From assembly GCA_022605425.2 (NCBI GenBank), contig JAKIMF020000004.1, positions 1,178,001 through 1,242,000 on the forward strand: DNA of 64,000 nucleotides, written 5' to 3'. Under the pieces are notes generated by a model. That model did not search any database, was not told where the DNA came from, and was given only the letters and a program-made list of their open reading frames with translations. The position numbers and the translations under genes are program-made. Shown here in pieces: positions 1 through 12,501 of the stretch. Position 1 is the first letter of the stretch. Every line of letters begins with the position of its first letter. This DNA is from Hamiltosporidium tvaerminnensis FI-OER-3-3 (lineage: Eukaryota > Fungi > Microsporidia).

Positions 1-271
1 TGGAGGTGTTGTTGTTAATGATAGTGAATTAAATTCTTCGTTTGTTCATTATTTAAGTTTGAAGAGTGGTGATGAACAGAGTCGGTGTGAAATTAAGTTT
101 GAAGATAAAATTGTACCGCTGTGTAAATTTATTGATGTTAAAAGTAAAAGTGATTTGAAATGGTTTTATGAGAATTGTAATCAATATTTTACAGAAGCAA
201 GAATTTTTGGAAGGGAGGTGGATTATGAATGGATAGAAGATAATGTATTATATGAGTTTATAGAGAAGTAG
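1..271 (+). CDS. 3' end of a hypothetical protein running in from the left edge
   Basis: The frame is open from nt 2 to TAG at 269-271 (GGVVVNDSELN...YEFIEK). The ORF track starts at an internal TTG. No recognisable domain. Confidence 0.55.
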   Translation, partial: GGVVVNDSELNSSFVHYLSLKSGDEQSRCEIKFEDKIVPLCKFIDVKSKSDLKWFYENCNQYFTEARIFGREVDYEWIEDNVLYEFIEK

Positions 272-284
272 AATAGAATTGAGG

Positions 285-598
285 ATTAAGTTAGGGATAG
301 AGAGTTATGTTAGGATAGAGAGTTATAAGGAAGTAGAGTAAAGTTGGAAGTAAAGTATTATAACGAAGTAGTGTAAAGTTGGAAGTAGAGTATTATATGG
401 AGATGTAGTGTCTTATAATGAGGTAGTATTATAATGAGTAGAGCAGTATAACGAAGTAGTATTATAAGGAGTAGAGTATTATAAGGGGGTAGAGTAAAGT
501 TGGAAGTAAAGTATTATAAGGAGTAAAGTATTATAATTAGGTAGAAGCATTATAACGAAGTAGAATTATAAGGAAGTAAAGTATTATAAGGAAGTTAA
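285..598. repeat. Purine-rich degenerate minisatellite
   Basis: Repeated GTAGAGTATTATAAG / GTAAAGTATTATAAG / GTAAAGTTGGAA units. Confidence 0.8.
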
Positions 599-1255
599 AT
601 CGGGTGACTGGTTATATAAGAGATATAGAGACAGTCATGAGTAGATAAAGGGATGTATGGGTTAATGAGATGTATGGTTTTACAGAGGTAGAATGAAATA
701 GAGGTTTAAAGAGAAGTAGGTGTATATTATGATTAAAGGGTTTTGATTATAGTTTTTCTCTTTTAAATATTTAGTTCATGTCTGTTTTGAAAAACCGTTT
801 TTTTTTAAATTTAAATTACAAATTAAATTTATTTTCCTTAGATGAATATTCTTTTCTAGGATTTTGAATTGATTTTCTAAGAAATATTCTTTTCTAGGAT
901 TTTAAATTGATTTCCTAATAAATTTTATTTATAATTTTAATCTCTTATAAATTAAATGATTTTCTAGGATTTTAATCTCTTATAAATTAAATGATTTTCT
1001 AGCTCGTGGTAATGAAATTAGTTTATATTTCAGAAAAAATAAAGTGTTTTATCTTCTTAAACTTATTTGATTAAACTATAATTTCTTTATCTTTTTATTT
1101 AAATTTTTATACCTTTATCTGATGTGTTTTATTAGAATATTTTGATTTTTAAAATTTTCATTTTTAGTTGTTCTTGTGTGATTTACTGTTAAAATTTATT
1201 ACATGTTTGTATATTTCTCTTCTGTTTTATTTATATTGTATTTTTTAGTGAAATC

Positions 1256-1468
1256 TTGGTATTTTATATTTATTCTGTATAGTTTAATATATTTTTTAAT
1301 TACATTCCTTCTTTCTGGTTGGTATTTTATATTTATTCTGTATGGTTTAATATATATTTTAATTACATTCTTTCTTTCTGGTTGGTATTTTATATTTATT
1401 CTGTATGGTTTAATATATATTTTAATTACGTTCCTTCTTTCTTTCTGGTTGGTATTTATTCGTATGGA
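1256..1468. repeat. 63-bp tandem repeat, about 3.3 copies
   Basis: TTGGTATTTTATATTTATTCTGTAT... begins at 1256, 1319 and 1382, with a partial copy at 1449. Confidence 0.9.
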
Positions 1469-1550
1469 AGTTTTTTTTGTTTGCAAAAATTCTTATTTTT
1501 AACTATATACTGTATTAGTTAATTCATTTGGTATATAACTTCTTCGTTAT

Positions 1551-1606
1551 TTTTATTAAAATCTTTTATCAAAATCTTTTATTAAAATCTTTTATTAAAA
1601 TCTTTT
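1551..1606. repeat. ~13-bp tandem repeat TTTTATTAAAATC, about 4 copies
   Basis: Direct reading of the sequence. Confidence 0.8.
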
Positions 1607-2056
1607 AATTTAATCAGATATAAAATTTCATGAGACAAATAAAATTATTTATTGAAATTATTATTAAAAATATAAATAAATTACATTTAGGAAAAGTAAG
1701 GAAGTATCAATATTATTCTTGAAATGTTTATATCATTTTAGAATTCATAGAAGAAAGAAATTCTAGAAAATAATTATTTTGACTTTTTATTTTAAAATCG
1801 AACTTTAAATAAACACATTGAAGTGGGTCTTTTTTGAATTACTCGATTTAAAAATGAAGATATCTCTCTTGATTTATTTTTTTATACTTCTGTTTTAAAT
1901 TAATAGCTTCGTTTTAAGATATTTAAATTAAATCTCTTATCAGTTTTTTTCTTTTATTAATTTATTTAAAAATAGAAAGATAAATGAATATAAACAATTA
2001 AAAAACCGTTAACTAATTAAATGTTAATTTATATTTTAAAAATAGTGAACCCTCCA

Positions 2057-3223
2057 ATGAAACGTGTATTGGGTTCTGCTTATTTCAATCTTCTAAAAAC
2101 AATACTGGGATGTGGTATTCTTGTATATCCAAGTCTGTATAAAAATTATGGTATAATTCCAACTACAGTATTGACTTTGATTTCTGGGTTTTTTTCTTTA
2201 AGTGGTTTATTTTTGTATGTACTGACAAATAAAATAATAAATAAAAAAAGTACGATGTCTACTATTTCTAGATATTCTATTCCTTCTCTACGGTATGTTG
2301 TAGATGTGGTAGTTATATTGAAGTGTTTCTTTGTGACAGTTTCGTATATGATTTTTTTGAAGGAAATTATTCCGTACGGATTTGGAAAATTAGGATTTGA
2401 ATATTTTGTAGAAAGAAAAGAATTGGGGTTGTTGATTTGTTTATTGATAAGTCTGCCTCTAAATCTGCTAAGAAAAATCGATGGTTTAAAATTTACTTCT
2501 GTTTTTGGTATTGGATCTGTCATATTTATATTACTGACTTCTTTTTATAGATTGATTCGTAGTAATTCTGATAAAAAAATATATTATTTTACTGATAATT
2601 TCAGTTATTATAAAAGTTTAGGAGAATTTGTTTTTGGTTTTACGTGTCATCAAAATATATTTACGATTCAGAATGAAATGGAAGGTGTAAAAATATGGGA
2701 ATTGAATTGTGTAATGTTTATGGCTATTTTTACAGCATCTTTGATTTATATTTTATTTGGTATAATAAATTATAAAATATTTGGTGAATTAATTGAAGGT
2801 AATTTTTTAAATATACTTGATGATGATAAATTGAAGATTGTTACTGTTGTTATATATGGTATAATGATATTGATAAGTATTCCTTTACAGGTGAATCCGT
2901 GTAGATTATATTTTTTAAATATTTTTAATTTTAAATATTCTAGTGGTCGGGAGTTTGGAAAGATAAGAAATATATTTACTGTGGTTATGCTTGGTATTTC
3001 TTATTTAATTGCTATTTCTAATATAAATTTTCAAAAGGTTGTGGGATTGGTGGGTGGAACGTTTTCTACTGCGATGTGTTTTATATTTTCGAGTTTGTTC
3101 TTTTTGTATTTGAAAGCAACTCACAAAAATAGAAAATTTAAGTTTTTGGCGTGTATAGTTCTTTTATGGGGAATTTTGGTATTTATTGGATTATTTGTTA
3201 GTAAATTACAGGATTTGTTTTGA
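2057..3223 (+). CDS. Amino acid transporter, Aa_trans/AAAP family (AVT-like vacuolar/lysosomal type)
   Basis: Motifs FNLLKTILGCGIL.YP, LSGEFVFGFTCHQNIF-like FGFTCHQN, and ISIPLQVNPCR, plus about 11 hydrophobic segments. The start is moved from 2021 to the ATG at 2057 because a CCC motif (2050-2052) precedes it, as is typical in microsporidia. Confidence 0.92.
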   Translation: MKRVLGSAYFNLLKTILGCGILVYPSLYKNYGIIPTTVLTLISGFFSLSGLFLYVLTNKIINKKSTMSTISRYSIPSLRYVVDVVVILKCFFVTVSYMIFLKEIIPYGFGKLGFEYFVERKELGLLICLLISLPLNLLRKIDGLKFTSVFGIGSVIFILLTSFYRLIRSNSDKKIYYFTDNFSYYKSLGEFVFGFTCHQNIFTIQNEMEGVKIWELNCVMFMAIFTASLIYILFGIINYKIFGELIEGNFLNILDDDKLKIVTVVIYGIMILISIPLQVNPCRLYFLNIFNFKYSSGREFGKIRNIFTVVMLGISYLIAISNINFQKVVGLVGGTFSTAMCFIFSSLFFLYLKATHKNRKFKFLACIVLLWGILVFIGLFVSKLQDLF

Positions 3224-3871
3224 GCAACCAAAATATTTAATTTTTCTGTTTTATCAGCTTTCATTATGTTTAATGCTTTTTTTGTTGTCTAGAAATAATT
3301 CTTAAAGTTTGTCTGTATTCTGTAAAATAAATTTTTTGATTTAAATGCGATATTTAGTATTCACTAGAAATGTGCTATTTATTTTATAAAGAATTTTGTT
3401 TTTTGAATTTAGTATTACTATATTCATATAATTTTAGAATCAATCAAATATTTATATATATTCTGTTAATTTATGTTTTTTAATGGCTAAAAAAATTGTT
3501 CAAGTTAGAATCATCATAAGAAAATTCGGTAATTATTTCATATTTGTTATTGTAAATTTTGTTTCATGGCTATAATTTCAATATTTTGTATTTTACCGGA
3601 CATATGGAAAAAACTTATAAATCAATATCATCAAATTTTTTTAATCTATTCTCAGAAAGGTAATTGAATATGGTGGAAAAAATATAAAAGAAAAATGATT
3701 ATGCCCTAACGTTTAAAACCAAGGGCTTTATAAGACCTGGTAAATATAGAAGTTCTATAAATTATTAATTGAATTATCTGTTATATGTAGATGCTTAATT
3801 AGGAACAAATAATATGATTTCACGATATACCAACTGGAAAACTATGCTAAGGCTGTGTAGGTAATACAATT

Positions 3872-4116
3872 AATCTCGCTTTCTTTAATTACATTGGACC
3901 CTCTTTTGTCTTTCATAATTAGTTCCTGGCGAAGATCGGCAAAAAATACGCTGAATCTCTCTTTCTTTAATTACATTGGACCGTCTTTTGTCTTTCATAA
4001 TTAGTTCCTGGCTCAAACGCGGCAAAAAATACGCTGAATCACTCTTTCTTTAATTACATTGGACCCTTTTTTGTCTTTCAAAATTAGTTCCTGGCTCAAA
4101 CGCGGCAAAAAAATAC
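3872..4116. repeat. 82-83-bp tandem repeat, 3 copies
   Basis: AATC.C.CTTTCTTTAATTACATTGGACC...CGGCAAAAAATACGCTG starts at 3872, 3954 and 4037. Confidence 0.92.
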
Positions 4117-4309
4117 TTGAAACAGGGATTATTTATAGATCGAAAGTGTCGCAGTTGAAACATGGAAAAAATGTTTGCAACTTTAGATGGATTTTACAAA
4201 ATGCTTAAATCTAAACAGACATGAACGGAAATTCATTCGTAACAATTAAATCTGGATTAATAATATATAGTCAAAATTAGAGAAACTAAATTATATTTGA
4301 CCGAATTTT

Positions 4310-4686
4310 CATCATCATTAGCATACAGTCCCTCTAGAACCTTGGCTGCCGCAAGAACCTCGGTTTGACATTCTTCCCGATGATATGCCCTTCGCTCACT
4401 AGTTGTGAACGCCGAGCTTCTAGAGGTCAGCTGCGACATCATCCATCCACCTCTTACGTAGGCGCCTTGGCGATCTGTGTTCCTTTGACTTTAAGATTAA
4501 ACTTATTTGGGATTTCTATAGTTTATCATCTTTTACACATGACAGAGCCACCTCAATCGCTCTGCTTTGATACCATTTACGATTGCGTGACTTCCGTATA
4601 GCATTTAGAATTCCGCGTTAGTTCTAATCCTTCACTCAGCGCTATCACAAACTGCGCCGTAGATTTTTCGAAGTATGTTCTTTTCA
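4310..4686 (-). mobile_element. 5'-truncated, decayed RTE-clade LINE (3' end of ORF plus (GAT)n tail)
   Basis: The minus strand across frameshifts reads RNILRKIYGAV...IVNGIKAERLRWLCHV...RKRWMDDVAADL.KLGV...AAAKVLEGL and ends GATGATG. Degenerate TSD GACCGAATTTTCAT (4299) / GACCAAATTTCAT (4687). Confidence 0.8.
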
Positions 4687-4734
4687 GACCAAATTTCATT
4701 ATATTTTATTAATTTTATCAGATAATTTGTCGAA

Positions 4735-5410
4735 AGACAAATAAATGTTAAAGCAATCTTTGAAGCAAAGATTATGTGAAATGATGTATAAAATTGTTGT
4801 TTTGATTCGATGGAATGGGAAAGGAGCCTTTTTTGGTTATTCCGTTGAGGTTTATAGAGAAAGGGAGGTCCACAACATGGTGTAATTTTTAAAAAGTAAG
4901 TCTGTGCTCTTTTTTATATAGAATGTGAAATACAGCCATATTCGTATAATTTGTCATGTAAACTTAAAAACCTAGCTCAAATTCTCCCCAATTAAATTTC
5001 AAGGCTGAAAATACAAAAAATCATACTATTTATAATATCCGAATGTAGGTAACATGTTTTACACTTGGCATGACATTCAAACGTCTGAGTAGACTCCATG
5101 TAAGTTTCTGAAATATATCATAGCTGGAAATCTATTCTGTTTTGGAATTTTAAAGTATGTTAGATTTAGATAGTTTTTTTTGGAGCAGTGAGGGCTTCGA
5201 TTTACAATTCATTCGGTTTTAGATGCATTGAACAATACCTGACAGTTGCCCTAAATATTAAATGAGTGAAATATCATATTTGATGTTAATCTTTAGATGT
5301 AGGCATAGCATAAATACTGATGGGTGTTTAGTGATCAAAATCTGTTTTTAGCCTATAACTGTGATATTTCATCAAAACACTACAATCTATGTAACTTAAA
5401 TAAAAGAAGT
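4735..5410 (+). mobile_element. Old degenerate copy of the family A long (730-nt) non-coding retroposon
   Basis: Collinear matches to 24693-25422, e.g. AAACCTAGC, ATGACATT, CCATGTAAGTTTCTGAAATATATCATAGCT, GGGCTTCG, GTAGGCAT, CTGATGG, CCTATAACTG. Ends are approximate. Confidence 0.7.
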
Positions 5411-5891
5411 AATTTTTAGACAATTAAAATATCAAAAATCATAATACAAGCTCACATATTGCTTAAAATATTTGTTTCAAACATCGATAATTTATAAATG
5501 GACTTCTAAAATATATTGCGTTAACATTCGCCCTCTTTTTATCTAACGGGCGGAATTTTCGAACAAGCTTCTGAGTACGGATTCCAAAAACTATGCTATT
5601 GGCAGCTGCCTCATCCGTATCCATATTTTCTATAGAGTTATTTATCAGCTTTCAATGTAATTTCGATAACGTTTTAGAACTATAATGCAAAGATTTTTTC
5701 TGGAACAAATATTTTATTTATATTAAAAACTTATTTCATTTTTTTCATTATTAAGAGAGCTCTCCTTGTTGACGGAAACATATTTATTTCAAATCAGATG
5801 TCTGCAAACCACACCGATACTTTTTTTATTCAACCATCAGCAGCTGCCGAGATATTACTTTTGTCTGGGCCATGAAAGTTTTTTTGTAGAG

Positions 5892-8521
5892 CGACCGTTC
5901 CTAAACGTGGGTTCCCCGCCCTCCCAAGGTGGCGAAATGGTATTATAAAGGTGCCGGAAAACTTTATTCAAAAGCTTAAGCTCATAAATAAATAATGAAA
6001 ATGGTTTTTTTATTGCAAATTACCATTCTGGTAAAAGTAAGAATAAAGTTAAAAAAATATGTGAAGTAAATATTTTATCGCTACCTCTAAAATCACTAGA
6101 CACATAGACTATCATGCTTATGTTTACTCGGATGATTTTTAAGCAAAATAATCCGACATCATTAAAAACAAGGACACACTCTCCCTTTCTCTCCATCTAG
6201 TTCACTATTCTGGTCTTCAATAATTAGTTGAGAAACCTCTTTGACACGAATACCTTTAAGCGTGTATAATTCTGATTGTTAACATTACTTGACAATTTAT
6301 ACATTCTTATTTGATCTGTGACTAAAACCAAAGAAATATTATAATGATAAACAAACGTAAATAATTTTCTTATTATTTGTACGTAAACTTATTCTGAGTA
6401 AAGGCATTAAACCCCTAAATATTGTTAAATAATTATTTCTTTAACCCCTAAGAAGGAGTGAAAAGGAACTTTAACAGAATACCTTCAATAAATAAAAACC
6501 ATTCATTTAATACTTCAAAAACGCCGGAACACAGCAATTTGTAAATTATATTTTGTAAATTATTTTTATGTTGTTTTTAAATACTTTAATTAGTCATAGT
6601 ACGCCAACTTATGTCAAAAAACGCCAATGAAACAGTAAGAATACTGTTTATGAAATTACATGTACAATAAAAAAGGATGGTACACAACAACCTCAATGCA
6701 TTTTATCTTTCAAGTTATTTTCAAACACGAATCTCGAACTTCAAAGTTTTAAAAGCTTTTTACAATCTCTTGGTGCTAAGTGTAGGCATAGTTTAAACTG
6801 CTTCAAGTTGAATAAGGCTTGGTACGATTCCGGTGGAGTTATTCGAAAATTATTTGAGCCTCAAAATCGGAAGCTCTTGTTTGAGGCGCGCTATTAAGTC
6901 TTATATTGTGTGTAAAAAACATCATATGATCGCTGAGGAAATGATAAAATCTTGCGCATTAATAATAGCCAAAACAGCTCAAATTCTTATGCACATAATA
7001 TAATCAGCAGATTCCTTATCTAATAATATAATTTGATCGAGAATTCAAGATCCCAGTAAAAATATTTCATAGCAGATAATAGAAGACATAAAACAGAGTC
7101 TACTAGAGTTAATATATGATTTTTTTGATTAAACCGATCTTTATAATTACATCCAGTTGCTAGTATTTGTCCAATATCTAAAAATGAGGAATATTCATTT
7201 TATGTGTTACCGGGAAAATGTTAGAGAGGAATTAATGCCTTTTATCAAACAAAAGTTTTTTTGAATTTCGATATCAATTATATGTGGTTGACTTAATATG
7301 AATTGATGGGGCTTTAAAAATATTAGGAAAAAAAATCTGGATTTTTTTCCTACATTCAAAAAGAAATTAACTCTGGTTAAAATTACACATTGCATTTTGT
7401 ATCGTATTGCCTTGTGTTGAAAACTTTGCCAGAAACTTCAAAACATCACCCAATTATTGCAAGAATCGAAGTAAAATATTTTAACTGTTTAGGCTCACAT
7501 CATTGCATTTTTAGCTTTTTTTGTAATGAATTTAGCAGTGTTCGTATTATGCATCTATATCTCGCCGAATATGAATACTATACACAGACTGGATGCTAAG
7601 CCAGGGTTTATAATCACTTAGATCGATTATTTAGTTATTCAGTTTTAGAAATTGTGATCGGTAAAAGTTTTTGAGAGTAAGAACGCATTTCGGTAACTAC
7701 CCTACTTAGCAGCAATACAGCTCTTTGAGTAAATTGAATATATCAATCTAAAATTTGATACAAATAAAATAGCAAGTGAAAAATGATCTAAATTTTTTAA
7801 AACTAAAATTTTGGCTACCTAGAAGGCAAATTACGAAAACAATAAACATTTCATTTCTTGATTCAATTTTTTTAGAATGTGGAAATAATAATATTATACC
7901 CGAAATTGGAATACATTTGAACTTATTAAGCGAAGTATTTAATGAACATATTCTACTAGAAATATCACTGAATTCAAAGAAATATCACTGAATTCATTTC
8001 TATATAACCTAACTTCAAAGAATTATAGTATTTATTAAAAGATGATTTACCCGAAATTTGAGACATTGGTCAAAGTCAGGTGGAATTCGAACAAAAAGAA
8101 TTTAAACAAATCGAAGTACATACTTAGAATGTTATTCACAGTCGAAAAAAAAGAAATGGTGGAGTTACTACTACCGTTTTCTAGCACCTACTTGTGTGAA
8201 ACGAGGTATTCATACCGATCATATAAAAATTAAAGCGAAAAATCTTATAAATGCAAATGAGAACTTACGTATGTCTCTTTCAAAACAAGTGCCTCGCTTC
8301 ACAAATATTAGAATGTACAAACTAAAAAACTTCAGTACTAAAAAGAATAATATTCTTACATGTGTGATATATTAAACTTACAGTTTTTTTAATTAAAAAC
8401 AAATTTGCATAAGATGTATTTTTTTCAACTCACAAAAAATCCAAAACTTTTCCGTTCGGGTACAAAAACCTATTTTTAGATTTAAAGGGATGCGGATTAC
8501 TTGAAAGGTTAAGAAGAACTG
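5892..8521 (+). mobile_element. hAT (Buster/Charlie-type, ZBED8-like) DNA transposon relic with a pseudogenised transposase at ~6610-8330
   Basis: Degenerate TIRs CGACCGTTCCTAAAC... and ...GGTTAAGAAGAACTG. BED-like remnant ITCTIKKDGTQQPQCIL near 6655 and hAT dimerisation motif LLLPFSSTYLCETRYS near 8165. Both flanks fit nnnTAnnn but are not identical. Confidence 0.8.
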
Positions 8522-9265
8522 CACTATATTTTTTAGTCTTTCACTTACAATATATATATTCCTGAAAAACAATTAATCGATGCAAATTTGGTTTTATAAT
8601 CCATATCTTCTTCTATATTACAAAAGTTAAAATAGTGTTTTCGGGCTCGTTTTCGAATGCTTATGAATCGTAAGACGATTTATGTTCAACAATTAGAATT
8701 ATTGTAATTTATTTCCATATTTTCGAAATGGTAAACTTAGGCCTAAAAATATTCATTTGTGATGTAACCATTTTATAAAAAATAGAGGCATATCCTATAC
8801 TTTGAATGAAATGTCTAGCTATTTCAAATCAAATATTAGCATACAATAGATAAAAAACCCTATCTCATATTTACGTTCGTACGGCAAAGGGAATTTAACT
8901 CGAATTTTAGAGGCCAAATCATTGAATTTGTACTAAATACCTTCGTATTCTTTTTATAACTGAGTTGGTTCGAATTTTCTCTTGAAATTCAATTATTACA
9001 AAGATTTAACATGAATATTTTTCTTTTAATAGTTTGCCACATTTTCTATAGTATATATCATAAGATTTTTACTTCTCCTTATAAATCTGTAACCTTTATA
9101 TTGATATGAATCGTTTTATCATATTCAATGAGTCATGCTAAACTTTCATTAATGGTAAAAAATATGTGATTATGATTGGAGAATGAAATACTTTGTACGA
9201 AATCCTTTTTTCAAATGCTTATCGAATTCAAAACGACTTATTTGAATTGTAGATAAGATATATAT

Positions 9266-10017
9266 TGTACGAGAAATTTAGATAATTGGGCATTATACTA
9301 AAGGACCAAAGCGAATGGGAAATTCGATATGTTTTTTATTTTATTCGAAAAAAATGTCAGACATATTAAAAGATAGGGAGATTTCTGCAAAAAAAATCTT
9401 AATAAAAAAGCTGAAAAAATGCTTAAAATCCACAATATAAGATACGCTGCCGCTAAAAAAGTGGAATGTTGAGAGTATAGTCCAAGATTTCGACAGAGGC
9501 TGCATTGAGGCAAAACATTTTGACATTTGTTTTGAAAATAACAGGTGCCAATCCTTTTAATTTAGGCACCAAACATGGAATTTTGAATCAGTTTTACGCG
9601 AGGAATAGTCGATCTACAATATGTACATCGAACGTATTTTTAGATACAAAAATTCCAAAAGTCGAGATTTCCTTAAGAAAATATACAAGAATGGTTATTC
9701 AGTACCCTAGCCAAGGTTACAATCGATTTGAATGCAAACCTGGTCAAATCTGACAAATACAAGGACCGTCGGGAAAAAAGCTTTGTAACTTGAAATGCCA
9801 CGATAAAGGAAACTGCTCTAATAAATAAAAACGCTTGGATTTTAAATTTTATAAATGTACATTTTTTTTCGGTATAAGTACTTTTTCTATAATTTTTTTA
9901 CTTTAGTAAAATTTTCTCGTAGATTTGTATTTATAAAATATTAATAAAAAAATTCTCAAATTGTCCAATTTTATCGGTCATTATATATAATACCCAATTA
10001 TTTAAATTGCTCTTAAA
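9266..10017 (+). mobile_element. Internally deleted Ginger2/TDD-like (KRBA2/SCAND3-type integrase) DNA transposon
   Basis: 32-bp TIRs at 9266-9297 and 9986-10017 (5 mismatches), the left one beginning TGT. The internal remnant DFDRG..NILTFVL...LGTKHGILNQFYAR...EISLRK...QGYNRFEC...LCNLKCH matches the C-terminal region of this family. Flanks ATAT/ATAA. Confidence 0.72.
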
Positions 10018-10430
10018 ATAAGACAAAACATCAAAAATAAGTGAGCAAAAATTTATACACAGAAATAGTCATCGATTTTCCAATATTTCTAATTCATATG
10101 CACTACCTATGTAACCTTTTTCTATTTTGATATAGCTGCTTGACTTAGACTTAAATCGAGGTAAAATTGTTTGTGATTTCAATGTAATCAACAAAATTAA
10201 AATTCTCAATCAAATCTTAAGAATTTAAAAGAACAATATGTGGTATATTATTCGCTTACCTTAGTATCTAAAGATGGAACATTTGCAGCAGTTTTATTTC
10301 TGAGTATATGATCATATTTTCTCTAAAATTTAATTTTAGACAATTAAATGTTCAAAATAACTTTAAAATAGCTTTGTCAAGCATTTGTTGTCAACTATAT
10401 TAGAATTGAAATTTAAATTGTTTTTCCTAC

Positions 10431-10655
10431 GCTTTAATGGCCTAGTGGTGAGGATATCTAAATCTACTTCAGGGGCCGGGTTCTATCCCCGGTCGGACAC
10501 TCGTTACATGTATTATAAGAAATTTTGCATTGCTTTGACAACTTACAAATCAAGAGACTAATGTCTCTGCAACGTCTAGAACTTGGCGAGGCTTTATTTT
10601 ACTCTTGAATTGTGTTCCATCTGTAGAGAAAGGATTGAGCTAATTTAAAAAAAAT
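10431..10655 (+). mobile_element. tRNA-derived SINE-like element or tRNA pseudogene
   Basis: A box TGGCCTAGTGG (10438-10448) and T-arm CCGGG-TTCTATC-CCCGG (10476-10492). The acceptor and anticodon stems do not pair. A-rich stretch at ~10647-10655. The 3' boundary is uncertain. Confidence 0.55.
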
Positions 10656-12501
10656 ACTTTATACATTTAAAAGCCTCCAAGACTTCCCGTACGATTTAGA
10701 TATGTTAACCAGCCTTAAACCATACGCATTTGGTATACAATTTAAGCATATAGGGTTGAAACATAATAAAAGTAAAAATAAGACTCATAACTCATCAGAT
10801 AACAATTTGTCTTTATATGAATTCTAGCACTTTGTTTTAAGGATCTAAATCAATTTTTTATCAATACCTTCAAAAGAATTGGATAGAATTTGAAAAGTTT
10901 TCAAAAAAAGTTTTAGATTTTTTTGTATGTTATTTCTTTCTATTTTTGATTAGTATTGTAGACCAGAAAAATATTTTACGGAAACAACAATATGCTTAGA
11001 TTTAAAATATTAACACAATCTTGATATTTGTGAATTGAATTACTCAATATACGATTATTCTTAGGATATATTCCTCACAATTATACATTTAAAACTTATG
11101 AATATAATTTTGTAAAAATCTTCATTATTTTACCGTGTATCGTATGAGTTCTTTGGTTTCAAAGTTACAAGTTAAACTTCTTTAGTCTGTTAACACAAGA
11201 TTTTTTTCTGTATAAATCTCTATTTATAAAATATTTTATACTTTTTTAACATAAAAATTTATTTTATCTACAAACGAATTAGATTTCTTAAAGTGTAAGT
11301 TCTTAGTACCTTACAATAGCAGCTTGTATGAGATGACAGCTTATTAGATTTTTATGTTACATATGAATATCTAAAATACCAAACACAATAATAGGCTTTA
11401 ACTTTTTACTTAAAAAACCCATTTGGGAGTTATAAGGATAATACTCGTTTACAAAATATTTCTGCAAAAACTTATTTTATTTTATATAATACTTAGCTTC
11501 ATAGTATTTTAGTCCATGAGATTGGGGGGAAACAGGATCCTACGACAATTGTGCATTTTAGTATCATATTTCACCTTTTAGGATCAGGGGCAATTTTTAG
11601 GATTATGTATGTGTCAACTTTCACCTAGATAACAGTGAATATACTTGATTCTCTCATTAGTATCTTAGAATCTGTAAAAGCTTTTTTTTGGTATTCTTCA
11701 GAAAGTTTCAACACTGGATTAAAAAAAATTGAGGTTATACTTGGATTTGATCTTCGATTAATTACGCATTTTGCGCAAAACGAGCAATTTTTTTAGTATA
11801 ATCCGCTTAGATAAATAATTGGTGTGTATTTAACAGGCTTTGGATACAAGGAGTTATATTAAACAACAAAGTGTTGGATATACGATGATAAAATCTTGAA
11901 TATTCGAAAATAGTAATATATGCTTGTTTGCTGCCATAGATTTAATTTTAATAAAATTGGTTTTTACGTTTAAATTCTTTCATTTTGCCGTGTATTGTGA
12001 TTCTACTTCAGATTTTCAACGTTTTTTTGTGTAATTAATAATATTTATTGATTTATTTTGAGCCATCATTACAAACTATTTAAACGTTAATTTAAACACT
12101 TAAAAGCTTGATGAATACATACACGTAAATTTTAGTTAAAAAATACATTCAATAAGAAAATTTATTATTTTGTATTTAAATAAGTTTAAAGAGTAAAATT
12201 TATCCAAATAATAAAAGAATTATTGTATTGAAAAATTTTACACTCAAAAATTCTGCTTATATAGAACAAAAAAACAGCCAAGTATTCGGATTGAAACCAC
12301 CAAATCGATATTGTGATGCCATAATCCGGTAAGAGGTCAATTTATCATCTTTTTTATGAATATATTATTAATCCACGACAATTTAACTCAGATGTTTAAC
12401 CATATATCCTAATATTGCATCATTGGGTTTTTTTATTATGTTTAGCCTATCCTATACGCCACCAAACAAATAAAATTAAATCCAAAAAAGTATTATTTTA
12501 T

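Noticed and set aside
3872-4116. Tandem repeats as a CRISPR-like array
   Set aside because: The units are contiguous with no unique spacers, there are no cas genes, and the context is eukaryotic.
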